NCBI GenBank assembly: GCA_963745235.1
Contig: CAVUXE010000015.1
Location: 64,001 to 128,000 of the forward strand
DNA: 64,000 nt
Source: an uncultured Spirochaetota bacterium
Lineage (GTDB): Bacteria; Spirochaetota; Spirochaetia; SZUA-6; Fen-1364
Direction: 5' to 3'
In this document: one piece after another, positions 47,980-58,222 of the stretch
How the letters are laid out: each line of letters starts with the position of its first letter
Numbering within the stretch: position 1 is the stretch's first letter
Translations under genes and position numbers: made by a program
The notes under the pieces: generated by a model
Seen by the model: the letters and a program-made list of their open reading frames with translations, nothing else
What the model was told of the DNA's origin: nothing
Databases searched by the model: none

Positions 47980-48798
47980 ATGGGAAAGAGAAAGCTCACC
48001 ACGGGCGGCGTGTTCTTCGTCCTTGCGATGGTGGTCTACGTGGGCAACGTCCTGGGGATACTGTTCACGGTCATCCTCAACTCCGCGTCCAAGGGCTGGT
48101 ACTCCGGCGCTCTCCCGAGGTTCCTGACCTCCGAATGGTACGCGTACGTCGCAACCGACCACGACATCCCCTACCTCCTGCTCATCACATTCGTGGTGGC
48201 AATCACAGTGGTCGCCATTTCCATCCTGATCGCTTTCCCTGCGGCCTACGTGCTCAGCCGTTCGGAGTTTCGAGGCAAGGGCGCGCTCCTTTCCCTCTTC
48301 CTTCTTCCCATGATCGTTCCGCCCATGACGTATGGAATCCCCCTCGCCGTGGTGCTGTACAAGTTTCACCTTGCGGCGCGCGTGGTGGGTGTGATCCTGG
48401 CGAACCTGGTGCCCATTGTGCCGTTCGTGATCCTCATCCTGATGCCGTTCATAGAGCAGGTGGGGGCCAACCTGGAGTCAGCGGCGCAGATGCTCGGCGC
48501 GCGCCGCTGGACTGTTTTCCGCAAAGTCCTGGTCCCGCTCACCCTGCCGGGCATCCTCACCGCCGGCATCCTTTCCATTGTGAAAACGATATCGATGTTC
48601 GAGCTGACCTACCTGGTGGCGGGGGCAAAATCCCAGACCATCGTGGTGGCGCTGTATGCGGATGCATATGCGGCGGGCGCCAGGCCGCCGCAGGCCGTGG
48701 ATGCGCTGGCCGTCATCTATTTCCTCACCACAATGGTCTGCCTCGTGGTCGCGCTTCGCTTCGTGAGCCCGACGCAGATGGTGTTCAAGATCAAGTAG
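47980..48798 (+). CDS. ABC permease, PotC-like
   Basis: TM helices, ESAAQMLGA (EAA loop). Confidence 0.9.
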   Translation: MGKRKLTTGGVFFVLAMVVYVGNVLGILFTVILNSASKGWYSGALPRFLTSEWYAYVATDHDIPYLLLITFVVAITVVAISILIAFPAAYVLSRSEFRGKGALLSLFLLPMIVPPMTYGIPLAVVLYKFHLAARVVGVILANLVPIVPFVILILMPFIEQVGANLESAAQMLGARRWTVFRKVLVPLTLPGILTAGILSIVKTISMFELTYLVAGAKSQTIVVALYADAYAAGARPPQAVDALAVIYFLTTMVCLVVALRFVSPTQMVFKIK

Positions 48799-48812
48799 GA
48801 CTTGTCCCCGGC

Positions 48813-49844
48813 ATGGGCAACGAAGAGGAAGAGCTGCGCGAGATCCCCAAGGTGGAGCTTCACCGTCACCTGGACGGGAGCGTTCGCATCCAGACCATCT
48901 GGGAGATTGCACAGGAAAGCGGTATCCCCCTCGGGGCACGGACGCTGGAGGAGCTCTGCCGGACCGCGGTCCTTCGCGCGCCTGTAGCATCGCTCTCCGA
49001 GGCCCTTGCGCGCTTTGAGACTCAGAAAAAGGTCCTTTGCTCATTCGACGCGATCAGCCGCGTCACGCGGGAGAACATCGAGGACGCTGCCCGTGACGGC
49101 GTGAGAGTGCTGGAGCTTCGCTTCGCCCCCGCGTTCATTGCGGAAGGCACCCGGCTCTCCAACGACCTGATCATCGCCGGGGTGCTCGACGGGCTGGTGA
49201 AAGGGATGGCGCTGCACCCCGTGGAGGTGGGCCTGATCGGCATCCTCCCCCGCGGCTTTTCGGGCGATGTCAACGAACAGGCCCTGGCGGATCTCCTCAG
49301 GTGGAGGGACGGGGACGCCGCGGGGGCGGACAGGATCTGCGGCCTTGACCTGGCGGCCATGGAGGCCGGAATAGACCCGCTGCCGCTGGTGCCCCTGGTG
49401 GACGCAGCGCGGGAGGCCGGTCTCGGGATCACCATCCACAGCGGTGAGGACACGGATGCCGCCCACGTCGCCAGGACGCTTGAGCTGTTTCGCCCCTCGC
49501 GGATCGGCCACGGCATCCGCGCGTGGGGGAGCTCCGAAGTCGTTGGCAGGCTCATTGCGGAGGACGTTCTCCTGGAAGTATGCCCGACCTCCAACTGGCT
49601 CACCGGCTCGGTCCGGTCCCTGTCCGAGCACCCCCTTCCCCGCCTCTACCGGGCAGGGGTGCCTGTCTCCATCAATTCCGATGATCCGAACCTCATGGGG
49701 ATCGACCTTGTCCACGAATACGTTGTGTGCGCGACGGAGTTCGGCCTGGGGCGGCAGGACTTCCGGGCGATCAACCGGTCAGCGCTGCGCCATTCTTTCC
49801 TTCCCCGCGAGCTGAAGGACCGCGAAATGATCCGCTACACCTGA
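48813..49844 (+). CDS. add: Adenosine deaminase family protein
   Basis: [30 protein letters not shown]. Confidence 0.85.
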   Translation: MGNEEEELREIPKVELHRHLDGSVRIQTIWEIAQESGIPLGARTLEELCRTAVLRAPVASLSEALARFETQKKVLCSFDAISRVTRENIEDAARDGVRVLELRFAPAFIAEGTRLSNDLIIAGVLDGLVKGMALHPVEVGLIGILPRGFSGDVNEQALADLLRWRDGDAAGADRICGLDLAAMEAGIDPLPLVPLVDAAREAGLGITIHSGEDTDAAHVARTLELFRPSRIGHGIRAWGSSEVVGRLIAEDVLLEVCPTSNWLTGSVRSLSEHPLPRLYRAGVPVSINSDDPNLMGIDLVHEYVVCATEFGLGRQDFRAINRSALRHSFLPRELKDREMIRYT

Positions 49845-50803
49845 AGGAGCACCTTGCCCGTGGACATCCGGCTTTCGAGGTACTTGTGCGCATTCGGGGC
49901 ATCTGCGAGCCGGAAGACCTTGTCGATGCGAAGCTCGACCTCTTTGCGCGCAATCCAGCCCAGCACGTCCCGCGAGCGCTGCAGAAGCTCGCCGCGGTCC
50001 GACACGTAGTTCGCGAGGGTGGGCCGCGTCAGGAACAGTGACCCCTTGCGGTTCAGCAGTTGCGGGTCGAACGGGGCGACCGGGCCGCTCGATTGTCCGA
50101 AGAGCACCATCATCCCGCGGGGACGAAGGCATCCGAGGCTTTTCTCGAAGGTCGTCTGTCCCACGGAATCGTACACGACATCCACTCCGCGTCCGCCGGT
50201 GAGCCTGCGGGTCTCCGTCTCGAAATCCGTTTTCGTGTAAAGGATCACATCGGATGCCCCGGCTGTGCGCGCAAGCTCTGCTTTTTCCTCGGTGGAAGCG
50301 GTCCCGATGACACGAGCTCCGCGGAGCCGCGCCACTTGCGTCAGGAGCCTTCCCGTTCCGCCCCCGGCGGCATGGATGAGCGCGGTGTCCGCCGCGCTCA
50401 GGGGATAGGTAGAGACGGCGAGGTAATGCGCAGTCATTCCCTGGAGCATTGCAGCCGCGGCCTGCCGCGGCTCGAGGCCCTCGGGAATGTGAACCAGGAA
50501 GGCGGACCGCACGATCGCGTATTCCGCGTAGGACCCACTCTGCATGGCCCATGCCACACGGTCACCCTTTTTCACCTCCGTGACACCCGGGCCCACTGCA
50601 TCCACCACGCCGGCCCCTTCATCGCCGAGGATCCGAGGGAGCTGTCCCTTGTATAGCCCCTTCCTCCCATAGATGTCGATGAAGTTCACCCCGGCGAACT
50701 CGAGGCGCACCCGCGCCTCTGCGGGGCCCGGCCCGGGCGTCTCCACATCTTCCAGGCGAAGCACGTCCGGACCGCCGTTCTCCCTCATGAGGACCGCTTT
50801 CAT
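49835..50803 (-). CDS. qor: NADPH:quinone oxidoreductase
   Basis: GVNFID, HAAGGG.G, YDSVG, FGQSSG; GGAGG SD. Confidence 0.9.
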   Translation of the reverse strand: MKAVLMRENGGPDVLRLEDVETPGPGPAEARVRLEFAGVNFIDIYGRKGLYKGQLPRILGDEGAGVVDAVGPGVTEVKKGDRVAWAMQSGSYAEYAIVRSAFLVHIPEGLEPRQAAAAMLQGMTAHYLAVSTYPLSAADTALIHAAGGGTGRLLTQVARLRGARVIGTASTEEKAELARTAGASDVILYTKTDFETETRRLTGGRGVDVVYDSVGQTTFEKSLGCLRPRGMMVLFGQSSGPVAPFDPQLLNRKGSLFLTRPTLANYVSDRGELLQRSRDVLGWIARKEVELRIDKVFRLADAPNAHKYLESRMSTGKVLLQV

Positions 50804-50906
50804 ACGACCTCCTGCAATAGTATACAGCAGGCCGGCGCGAGGGGAAGCGCGCCTGAGGCCCGGTCCGGCTATTCTCTCATTCCGTGCAGCCGTGCTATAA
50901 GGTGCC

Positions 50907-51812
50907 ATGCCCCGCACCGCCCGAGCCGACCTTTTCATCATCCTCTCCGTCTGCCTGCTCCTGTGGGCGTCCGCATTTGCCGGCATCCGACTGGGCCTGC
51001 GAGGGTTCGGCCCCGGGCAGCTCGCGCTCCTGCGGTTCGCCATCGCCTCGTTGTCCCTGCTGATCTACGCCCTTGTCACGCGGCTTCCCCTCCCCGCGGT
51101 GCGGGACCTTCCAATGCTTTTTCTCATGGGCTTCCTCGGCTTCACCGTCTACCACGTCGGCCTGAATGCGGGAGAGGTGGTGGTGCCGGCGGGAGCGGCG
51201 AGCTTCATCATTGCCTCCGTTCCCGTGTTCTCGACGCTCATGGCCGTGGTGTTTCTTCGTGAACGACTGACGGCCCTCGGGTGGTTCGGGGCAGCCGTCA
51301 GCTTCCTCGGAGTCGCTTTGATCTCCGTTGGCACGGGAACGGGATTGAAGTTCGAACCGGCCGCCCTCCTCATCGTCCTTGCTGCCCTCGGTGAGAGCAT
51401 CTATTTCGTGGTCCAGAAGCCTTTTCTCTCCCGGTATTCGGGTCTCCAGCTCACCACCTATACCATCTGGACGGGCACCGTCTTCATGCTGGTTTACCTG
51501 CCCGGGCTGATCAACCAGATCGGCCACGCCCCGATGGCGTCCACTCTGGCCGTTGCCTACCTGGGGGTCTTCCCGGCCGCAATCGGTTACGTGCTGTGGT
51601 CCATCGCGCTTTCGCGGGCGGATGTCTCCCGGGTAACGAGCACTCTCAACCTGTCTCCCATCCTTTCCCTCGCAATCGCATTCCTGGTCCTGGGGGAGAT
51701 CCCCTCCATTCTCTCGGTCATCGGCGGTGCGATCACCGTGGCAGGGGTGGTCCTCCTCAATACGCTGGGGAAGGCGAAGCAGCCGTCCGAACGAAGGGCC
51801 CAGGTGCCGTGA
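50907..51812 (+). CDS. DMT/EamA transporter
   Basis: LWASAF, LRF, LRE and LGE repeats, ~10 TM segments. Confidence 0.92.
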   Translation: MPRTARADLFIILSVCLLLWASAFAGIRLGLRGFGPGQLALLRFAIASLSLLIYALVTRLPLPAVRDLPMLFLMGFLGFTVYHVGLNAGEVVVPAGAASFIIASVPVFSTLMAVVFLRERLTALGWFGAAVSFLGVALISVGTGTGLKFEPAALLIVLAALGESIYFVVQKPFLSRYSGLQLTTYTIWTGTVFMLVYLPGLINQIGHAPMASTLAVAYLGVFPAAIGYVLWSIALSRADVSRVTSTLNLSPILSLAIAFLVLGEIPSILSVIGGAITVAGVVLLNTLGKAKQPSERRAQVP

Positions 51813-54798
51813 AAACGGCGCGGACCCTTCGCGAGGCCCTCGTGTATGAGCCCGCGGGGCTTTCGTTCGGGACAAGCGGCCTGCGCGGGCTGGTCAAAGA
51901 CATCACGGACCTGGAAGCCTACGTGGCCGTCCGCGCATTCCTGGCGTTCCTCCTGGAGGCCGGGGATTCGCGCGCGGGAGGAAAGGTGTTTGTGGCGGGG
52001 GATCTGCGTCCGAGCACGGACGGCATCATGGTCCCGGTCTTCCGCGCCATTGCTGAGGCGGGTTTCGAGGCGGTGTCTCTGGGCCGCATCCCGTCCCCTG
52101 CCCTTCTCTTCTATGCCATGAAGCGAAGCTCCCCGAGTGTCATGATCACGGGGAGTCATATCCCGTTCGACCGCAACGGCATCAAGCTGAACAGGAGCGA
52201 CGGGGAGGTGCGCAAGTCCGATGAGGAGCCCATCCGCGCGGCGCAGAGGCGGCTGCGCCAGCGGGAGTATGACACGCCGTTTGCGAGCAGCATGTTCGAT
52301 GAGCGGGGAGCCCTCCGGGCTTCCTTTCGGGGCCCGGTTCCCGCGGAGATCCCCGATGCGGCATCCGACTACGTGAGCCGCTATGCCGAGGCTTTTCCCC
52401 GCGGGGCCCTCAGCGGCACGCGGATCCTCGTCTACCAGCACTCCGCTGTCGGCCGTGACCTCCTTGTGAAGGCGCTCGAAAGCCTGGGCGCGCAAGCGCT
52501 TCCCGCTGGTCGAAGCGATTCGTTTGTCCCGGTGGACACGGAAGCAGTCAACGAGGAAATGCTGCGGGAAATCCAGGGGCTCGTGGATGCAAACGGCGGC
52601 GCATCGCTGGACGCCGTTGTCTCCACGGACGGAGACAGCGACAGGCCTCTGGTTCTCGGCCTGGAAGCCGGCGCGGTCCGCTTTTATCCTGGCGACATCC
52701 TGGGCATCGTGACCGCGGACTTTGTCGGGGCCCGGGAGATTGCCGTGCCGATCAGCGTCAACGATGCCGTGGACGCGCACTTCGCCGCCCGCGGAATACT
52801 GCCGGTCAAGACCCGCATCGGCTCCCCGTACGTGATTGATGCAATGAAAGAGGTGGGGTGGGAGGCAAACGGCGGATTCCTGACGGCAGCCCCCGTGTGC
52901 ATCCCCGGCGGCCGCAATCTGGAAGCCCTGCCCACGCGGGATGCGCTGCTTCCCATCCTGGCGGCGCTGTGCGCATCCCTTGGCAGGGGAAAGACGCTGG
53001 ACGCCCTCTTCCGAAGCCTGCCTTCACGGTTCGGGAAATCCAGCCTGCTCCGAAACTTCCCCAGGGAGAATGCTGTTGCCATCGTACGGCTGCTCTCTCC
53101 GGAAGACGCGTCCGTGGTTGAGGCCCGGCTCGATCCAACAGGGGCCGGACAATGGACGGTCACTCACAGGGATGGAAGCCGCACCACACGCACGGCAAAG
53201 GATCCTTTGGGCCGGTGCCTCCTTGACCTCTGCCGTGAGGTGAGCCGGTGCTTCAGGCCGTTGGACGGCTTCACGGACGTCGCATGGTTCAACTGGCTCG
53301 ACGGCGTTCGCATCGGTTTCGAGAACGGCGACGTGGCGCACATCAGGCCGTCGGGAAACGCCCCCGAGCTGCGGCTGTACGCCAACGCAGGAACGCCGGA
53401 GAGGGCCGCCGCCATAATCGCCCGGGGGACAGCGGAGAACGGAATACTCCGGCAGTTGGAGGCTTCCGCAAACGAGCGCCGCGCGGCACAGCTGTATCGT
53501 GCGGCTCCCCGCATGCTCTCTCTCGAGTGCCGGGTGCAGCATTACGCGTGGGGCGGCTTCCAGTTCATCCCGTCTCTCCTGGGAGAAGAGAACCCCAGGC
53601 AGATCCCCTGCGCCGAGCTGTGGGTCGGGGCGCATCCCCTGGCGCCCTCGCTCGCCGTCGTGGATGGAACGAGGATCCGCCTGGACAGGCTCCTCGAGGC
53701 GGCTCCGAGGGAAGTCCTGGGGACAGCTGATACGGCCCGCTTTGCCGGCAGGCTTCCCTTCCTCATGAAGGTCCTGGACGCCCGACTGATGCTTTCCATC
53801 CAGGCCCACCCCAACCGGGAGCAGGCGAGGGACGGGTTTGCGCGTGAGAATGCGGCGGGCGTTCCGCTGGACGCGCCGAACCGGATGTACCGGGATGACA
53901 ACCACAAGCCGGAGGCGCACGTTGCGCTGAGCGAGTTCTGGATGCTGCACGGGTTTCGGCCGCTGGATGAAATCCAGGGGATCCTCACGAAGACCGAAGA
54001 GCTTGGCCGGGTGATGCCGGATTTCAGCGCGCGCCTCAGGGAAGCTGACGCGAGCCGGGACGCTGGTGCGCGGCGGGCCGGGCGGGAGGCGCTGCTTCGG
54101 GGCCTCTACGCCTCCGTCATGACCATGCCGCAGGCGCGCGTGGATGAGATTCTCTCCCCGCTGGTGGAGCGACTTTCCTCGCAGGACCGCTCACGCTCGC
54201 TTGACAAGGAACGCCCGGAGTTCTGGGCGTTGCGCGCCGCTCGTGACCTGCCGCTCCCGGGCGGTCATGTCGACCGGGGAATCTTTTCGATTTTCCTGCT
54301 GAACCTTCTCCACCTGCATCCCGGCCAGGGCACCTACCAGCCTGCCGGGACACTCCATGCATACCTCGAAGGGACGAACGTCGAGCTGATGGCCAGCTCG
54401 GACAATGTCCTTCGGGGCGGCCTTACCCCCAAGAGCGTGGACACGGACGAGCTTCTTCGGATCGTTTCCTATGCGGCCGGCCGCCCCCTGTGCTGACGGG
54501 CCGGGAGGCGGCGCCCGGGGAACGGGTCTACGAGACTCCCGCGGAAGAGTTCGTCCTCGACCGGCTCCAGCCGGCCGCCGGCAGCGGCATCCGCCGAGGG
54601 GCTGACCACGGCGTTGAATGCCTCATCGTCATGGAGGGCCCGGTGCTCGTTGCCGCGGGCGATCTGACCGGGGAGTTGGAAAGAGGCAGGGTTGCCCTTG
54701 TCCCCGCCGGGATCCCTTACGGGGTCGAGGCCCGGTCTGCGGGCGCGGTCGTGTTCAGGGCTCGCATCCCCGGCGGCACCAAAGCGCGTCAGACGTAA
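51809..54798 (+). CDS. Phosphomannomutase - type I mannose-6-phosphate isomerase fusion (frameshift at ~54487)
   Basis: FGTSGLRG, TGSH, DGDSDR, RPSGNAPE, then VQHYAWG, AELWVGAHP, LSIQAHP, HAYL.G, SSDNVLRGG. Confidence 0.85.
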
Positions 54799-55901
54799 CG
54801 ACCGCCAAACTTCTCAGCAACCAACGCTTGCAGCTTCTTGACGTCCTCAGCCTTGTCCCGTCTGCATACCAGGGTGGCGTCCTGCGTGTGGATCACCACC
54901 AGGTCATCACAGCCGAGAGTTGCAACAAGGTGCCGCGGATCGCTGGAGGCCACGAGAGTCCCCCGGGTGTCCAGGGTGATGCTCGTCTCCGCGGAAAGAG
55001 CATTCCCTGCGTCATCAGACCGGCAGGTCTCGGCAAAGGCCGGCCATGAGCCAACGTCCAGCCAGGACAGGTCCATGGGGAGGGCGGCCACCCTGACGGC
55101 GGCGTCCCGTGAGGCCTTCTCCATCACGGCAAAATCCACGCTGATCTTCCTGAGCAAAGGGTACTCGGAGCCGATTACCTCCGTGAACCCGGGAGTCCCC
55201 CACGCCCCCGCAATCCGCGACAAAGCGGAAAACGTCTCCGGTTCGAAGCGCCGGATGCAATCCAGGAAGACCGAAGCCTTCCAGACGAACATGCCGCTGT
55301 TCCAGAGAAACCGGGTCGGCCCAGCAGCAACCCAGCGTTCCGCCGTTGCCTGGTCAGGCTTTTCCCGAAACTGCTCAACGACCCTGGCTGCGGGGAGCGC
55401 CTCTCCCCCTGCCTCGATGGCGGCTCCAAGGCTCAGGTAGCCGTAGCTCGTTGCGGCGTGCCGTGGAGCAATCCCGAAAGTGACAAGGACGTTCTCTTCC
55501 CGTTCGGCAAGCTCGTAGCCCGCGGCAACGATCTCCCTGAACTTTTCCCGCGGCTCGATGATATGGTCCGCCGTGAAGACTCCTATGGTCGCCTCGGCAT
55601 CCTGGCGCGCCACCACGGCCGCCGTGTACCCCAGCGCGGCAAGAGTGTCGCGGCCCACGGGCTCTCCGAGAAACTGCCCGGGCCCGATGTCTCCGAGGCT
55701 CCTGGTGATGACGCTTCTGTGGCTCTCCGCGGCGCAGACGAGCCGGCGCCGGGCATCCACGAGCCCCTCCAGGCGTTCCCAGGAATGAGCCAGGAGGCTC
55801 TTTCCCCGGATGAAGGGCAGCAACTGCTTTGGCAGGGTGGTCCTGCTCATGGGCCACAGACGCGTGCCGGATCCGCCGGCGAGGATCACTGCGTAGCGCA
55901 T
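54789..55901 (-). CDS. manC: Mannose-1-phosphate guanylyltransferase
   Basis: LAGGSGTRLWP.SR...PKQ, EPVGRDT, FREKP, WNSGMF, DVGSW. Confidence 0.92.
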   Translation of the reverse strand: MRYAVILAGGSGTRLWPMSRTTLPKQLLPFIRGKSLLAHSWERLEGLVDARRRLVCAAESHRSVITRSLGDIGPGQFLGEPVGRDTLAALGYTAAVVARQDAEATIGVFTADHIIEPREKFREIVAAGYELAEREENVLVTFGIAPRHAATSYGYLSLGAAIEAGGEALPAARVVEQFREKPDQATAERWVAAGPTRFLWNSGMFVWKASVFLDCIRRFEPETFSALSRIAGAWGTPGFTEVIGSEYPLLRKISVDFAVMEKASRDAAVRVAALPMDLSWLDVGSWPAFAETCRSDDAGNALSAETSITLDTRGTLVASSDPRHLVATLGCDDLVVIHTQDATLVCRRDKAEDVKKLQALVAEKFGGRYV

Positions 55902-55964
55902 TCTCCATAGTAGCAGTGTGTGCCGAGCTTGTCGAATATCCCGGAAAGCGGGATGATGAGATCC

Positions 55965-56984
55965 ATGCAACGCATCATCAATGATCCGACCAGGGTCGTG
56001 GAGGATATGCTTTCGGGCTTCATCCTTGCGCACCCCGAGCGCATCGCGCGGACCCGGAACCCCCGCGTGCTCCGATACGTCGGTGCCCCCGTGGCAGGCA
56101 AGATCGGCGTCGTCACGGGAGGCGGGTCGGGCCACAAGCCGGCGTTCATCGGATACATCGGCAGGAACATGGTGGACGCGGTGGCAGTCGGGGAGATATT
56201 CACGTCCCCTTCCGCTTCGGCGTTCCTTGACGCATTCAAGGCGGCGGACGCAGGCAAAGGCGTCGCCTGCCTCTACGGGAACTACGCCGGCGACAACCTG
56301 AACGTGAAAATGGCAATCAAGCTTGCGCGGGACCAGGGCATCACGGTGAAGACCGTCGTGGCGAACGACGATGTGCCCTCGGCTCCGCTTGCTGAAAGGG
56401 ACAAGAGACGGGGCGTTGCCGGCGAGGTGATCATGTGGAAAGTGGGCGGCGCGCGGGCTGCGCTTGGTGGAAGCCTGGACCAGGTGATCGCGTCCGCCCA
56501 GAAGGCAATCGACAACACGCGCAGTATCGGCATTGGCCTGACTCCCTGCACCATCCCGGCCGTCGGGAAGCCCAACTTCGTGATCGAGCCGGGGAAAATG
56601 GAGGTGGGAATCGGGCATCACGGTGAGCCGGGGATGCGGGTGGATTCGCTCCGACCTGCCTCCGAGATGGCCGAAATGATGCTTGATGTCATTCTTCCCG
56701 ACCTGCCGTTCGCGTCCGGCAACGAGGTGGTTGTCCTTGTTTCCGGGCTCGGCGCCACGCCCGTGATGGAGCTCTACATCCTGTACGCTCACGTCGCCGA
56801 GCTCCTGGCGAAGCGGGGCATAACGGTTGTCAGGCGTTACGTCGGAAACTTCTTCACTTCCCTGGAGATGATGGGCGTGACGCTGACGCTCACCAGGCTC
56901 GACGACGAATTGAAGCGCCTCGTTGCGTTGGAGGCTGACTCGATGGGCCTGACACAGTTCGGTCCGAAGGCGGAAGCCGGCTGA
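55965..56984 (+). CDS. dhaK: DhaK-family kinase substrate-binding subunit
   Basis: GGGSGHKP, NYAGD, RRGVAG, GHHGEPG; no DhaL domain. Confidence 0.88.
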   Translation: MQRIINDPTRVVEDMLSGFILAHPERIARTRNPRVLRYVGAPVAGKIGVVTGGGSGHKPAFIGYIGRNMVDAVAVGEIFTSPSASAFLDAFKAADAGKGVACLYGNYAGDNLNVKMAIKLARDQGITVKTVVANDDVPSAPLAERDKRRGVAGEVIMWKVGGARAALGGSLDQVIASAQKAIDNTRSIGIGLTPCTIPAVGKPNFVIEPGKMEVGIGHHGEPGMRVDSLRPASEMAEMMLDVILPDLPFASGNEVVVLVSGLGATPVMELYILYAHVAELLAKRGITVVRRYVGNFFTSLEMMGVTLTLTRLDDELKRLVALEADSMGLTQFGPKAEAG

Positions 56985-58171
56985 CCATTCTCACGGCTGC
57001 GGCGGTGGCCGGAGCTGCGGCGGTGGCTGGAGCTGCGGCGGGCCGGGACCCGCTTCACGCCCGCCTCGGACATGTTGAAGGAAGCCTGGGGCAAAAGGGT
57101 AAGGACCCCGTTCTTCCAGAAGCACGGCGCCTGGGTGCCGGAGCTCGACACATCTCCGACCACGAGCAGGTTCCCGCCGGCGTCAATCGCCGCGCCGTTC
57201 GCATACCCGGAAGAGCTTCCGGCGCCAGTTGGCAGGAGACTGAGCGACCCCTGCTTCCAGATGCATGGCTCCAGGGTTGACGCGGAGGAACCGACCACTC
57301 CAGATGTCACCAGGTTTCCCGAGCCATCGACTGCAACTCCTGTTGCCCACCCGGTCGCGCTGCCTGGGCCCACGGGCAGGACAGTGAGGGAGCCATTCTC
57401 CCAGACGCAGGGAAGCAGGGCGTTGCTGGAGCTTCCCACGGCCCCGGAAATGTACACGTTCCCCTGACTATCCATCGTCATTCCTGTCGTCACCCCATAC
57501 GAGCTCCCCGTCCCGACGGGGAGAATCGTCAGGGCGCCGTTCAGCCAGAAAGCCGGCAAAAGCGCGGAGCTGGACGATCCGACGGAACCTGCAATCAGGA
57601 TGTTTGCCTTCGAATCGAGCAGGATGGCGGAGCCCTCGCCGTACGAGTTGCCCGTGCCGACCGGGAGCAGGGTTTGGGTGCCCCCAGTCCAGTAGCACGG
57701 AGACAGGGAAGAGCTGGTGGGTCCCACTCCCCCCGCAAAGAAGAGGGTCGTGCCGCTGACGCTGATTCCGAATGCCGCCCCGGCCGCGTTTGCGGCGCCT
57801 GCCGGCAGGTAGGAGAGGGCCCCGTTCTGCCAATAGCCCGGAAAAAGGGAGTCCACGGTGGGTCCCGTGGCCCCGGCAACGACGAAGTTGCCCGACGCGT
57901 CGAGTGCACCGAGGCCAACGGTGAAAGCGTAGTTGCCCTGCCCCACCGGCATGGTGGTGATTAGAGAGCCGTTTTCCCAGTAGCAGGGCAATTGCGTTGC
58001 GGTTGTTCCCGTCACCCCGGCGATGAAGAGGTTGCCGGAAACGTCGAGTGCAATAGCCACGGCGTCCCCAAAGGGCGTCGCCCCCGGCGGCTGTGGATAA
58101 GCTGGCGGTTGGGTGCAGCTTGCCGCCGCGGAAATGACCACGGCAAGAAAAGCCGGCTTGAGAGCTTTCAC
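56837..58171 (-). CDS. Lipoprotein with seven ~50-aa repeats (probable beta-propeller); 3' end uncertain
   Basis: Lipobox AAS-C; repeats ending P(C/G/A)(Y/F/V/I)Wx(N/G/Q)G x7. Confidence 0.75.
   Translation of the reverse strand: MKALKPAFLAVVISAAASCTQPPAYPQPPGATPFGDAVAIALDVSGNLFIAGVTGTTATQLPCYWENGSLITTMPVGQGNYAFTVGLGALDASGNFVVAGATGPTVDSLFPGYWQNGALSYLPAGAANAAGAAFGISVSGTTLFFAGGVGPTSSSLSPCYWTGGTQTLLPVGTGNSYGEGSAILLDSKANILIAGSVGSSSSALLPAFWLNGALTILPVGTGSSYGVTTGMTMDSQGNVYISGAVGSSSNALLPCVWENGSLTVLPVGPGSATGWATGVAVDGSGNLVTSGVVGSSASTLEPCIWKQGSLSLLPTGAGSSSGYANGAAIDAGGNLLVVGDVSSSGTQAPCFWKNGVLTLLPQASFNMSEAGVKRVPARRSSSHRRSSGHRRSRENGQPASAFGPNCVRPIESASNATRRFNSSSSLVSVSVTPIISREVKKFPT
56996..57048. repeat. 18-bp tandem repeat, ~3 copies
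   Basis: GCTGCGGCGGTGGC(C/T)GGA x2 plus a partial copy. Confidence 0.8.
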
Positions 58172-58222
58172 ATGATCACCCGTATGGATATACCAGCGGA
58201 AGTCTCGTTTCGTTGAAAGTTC

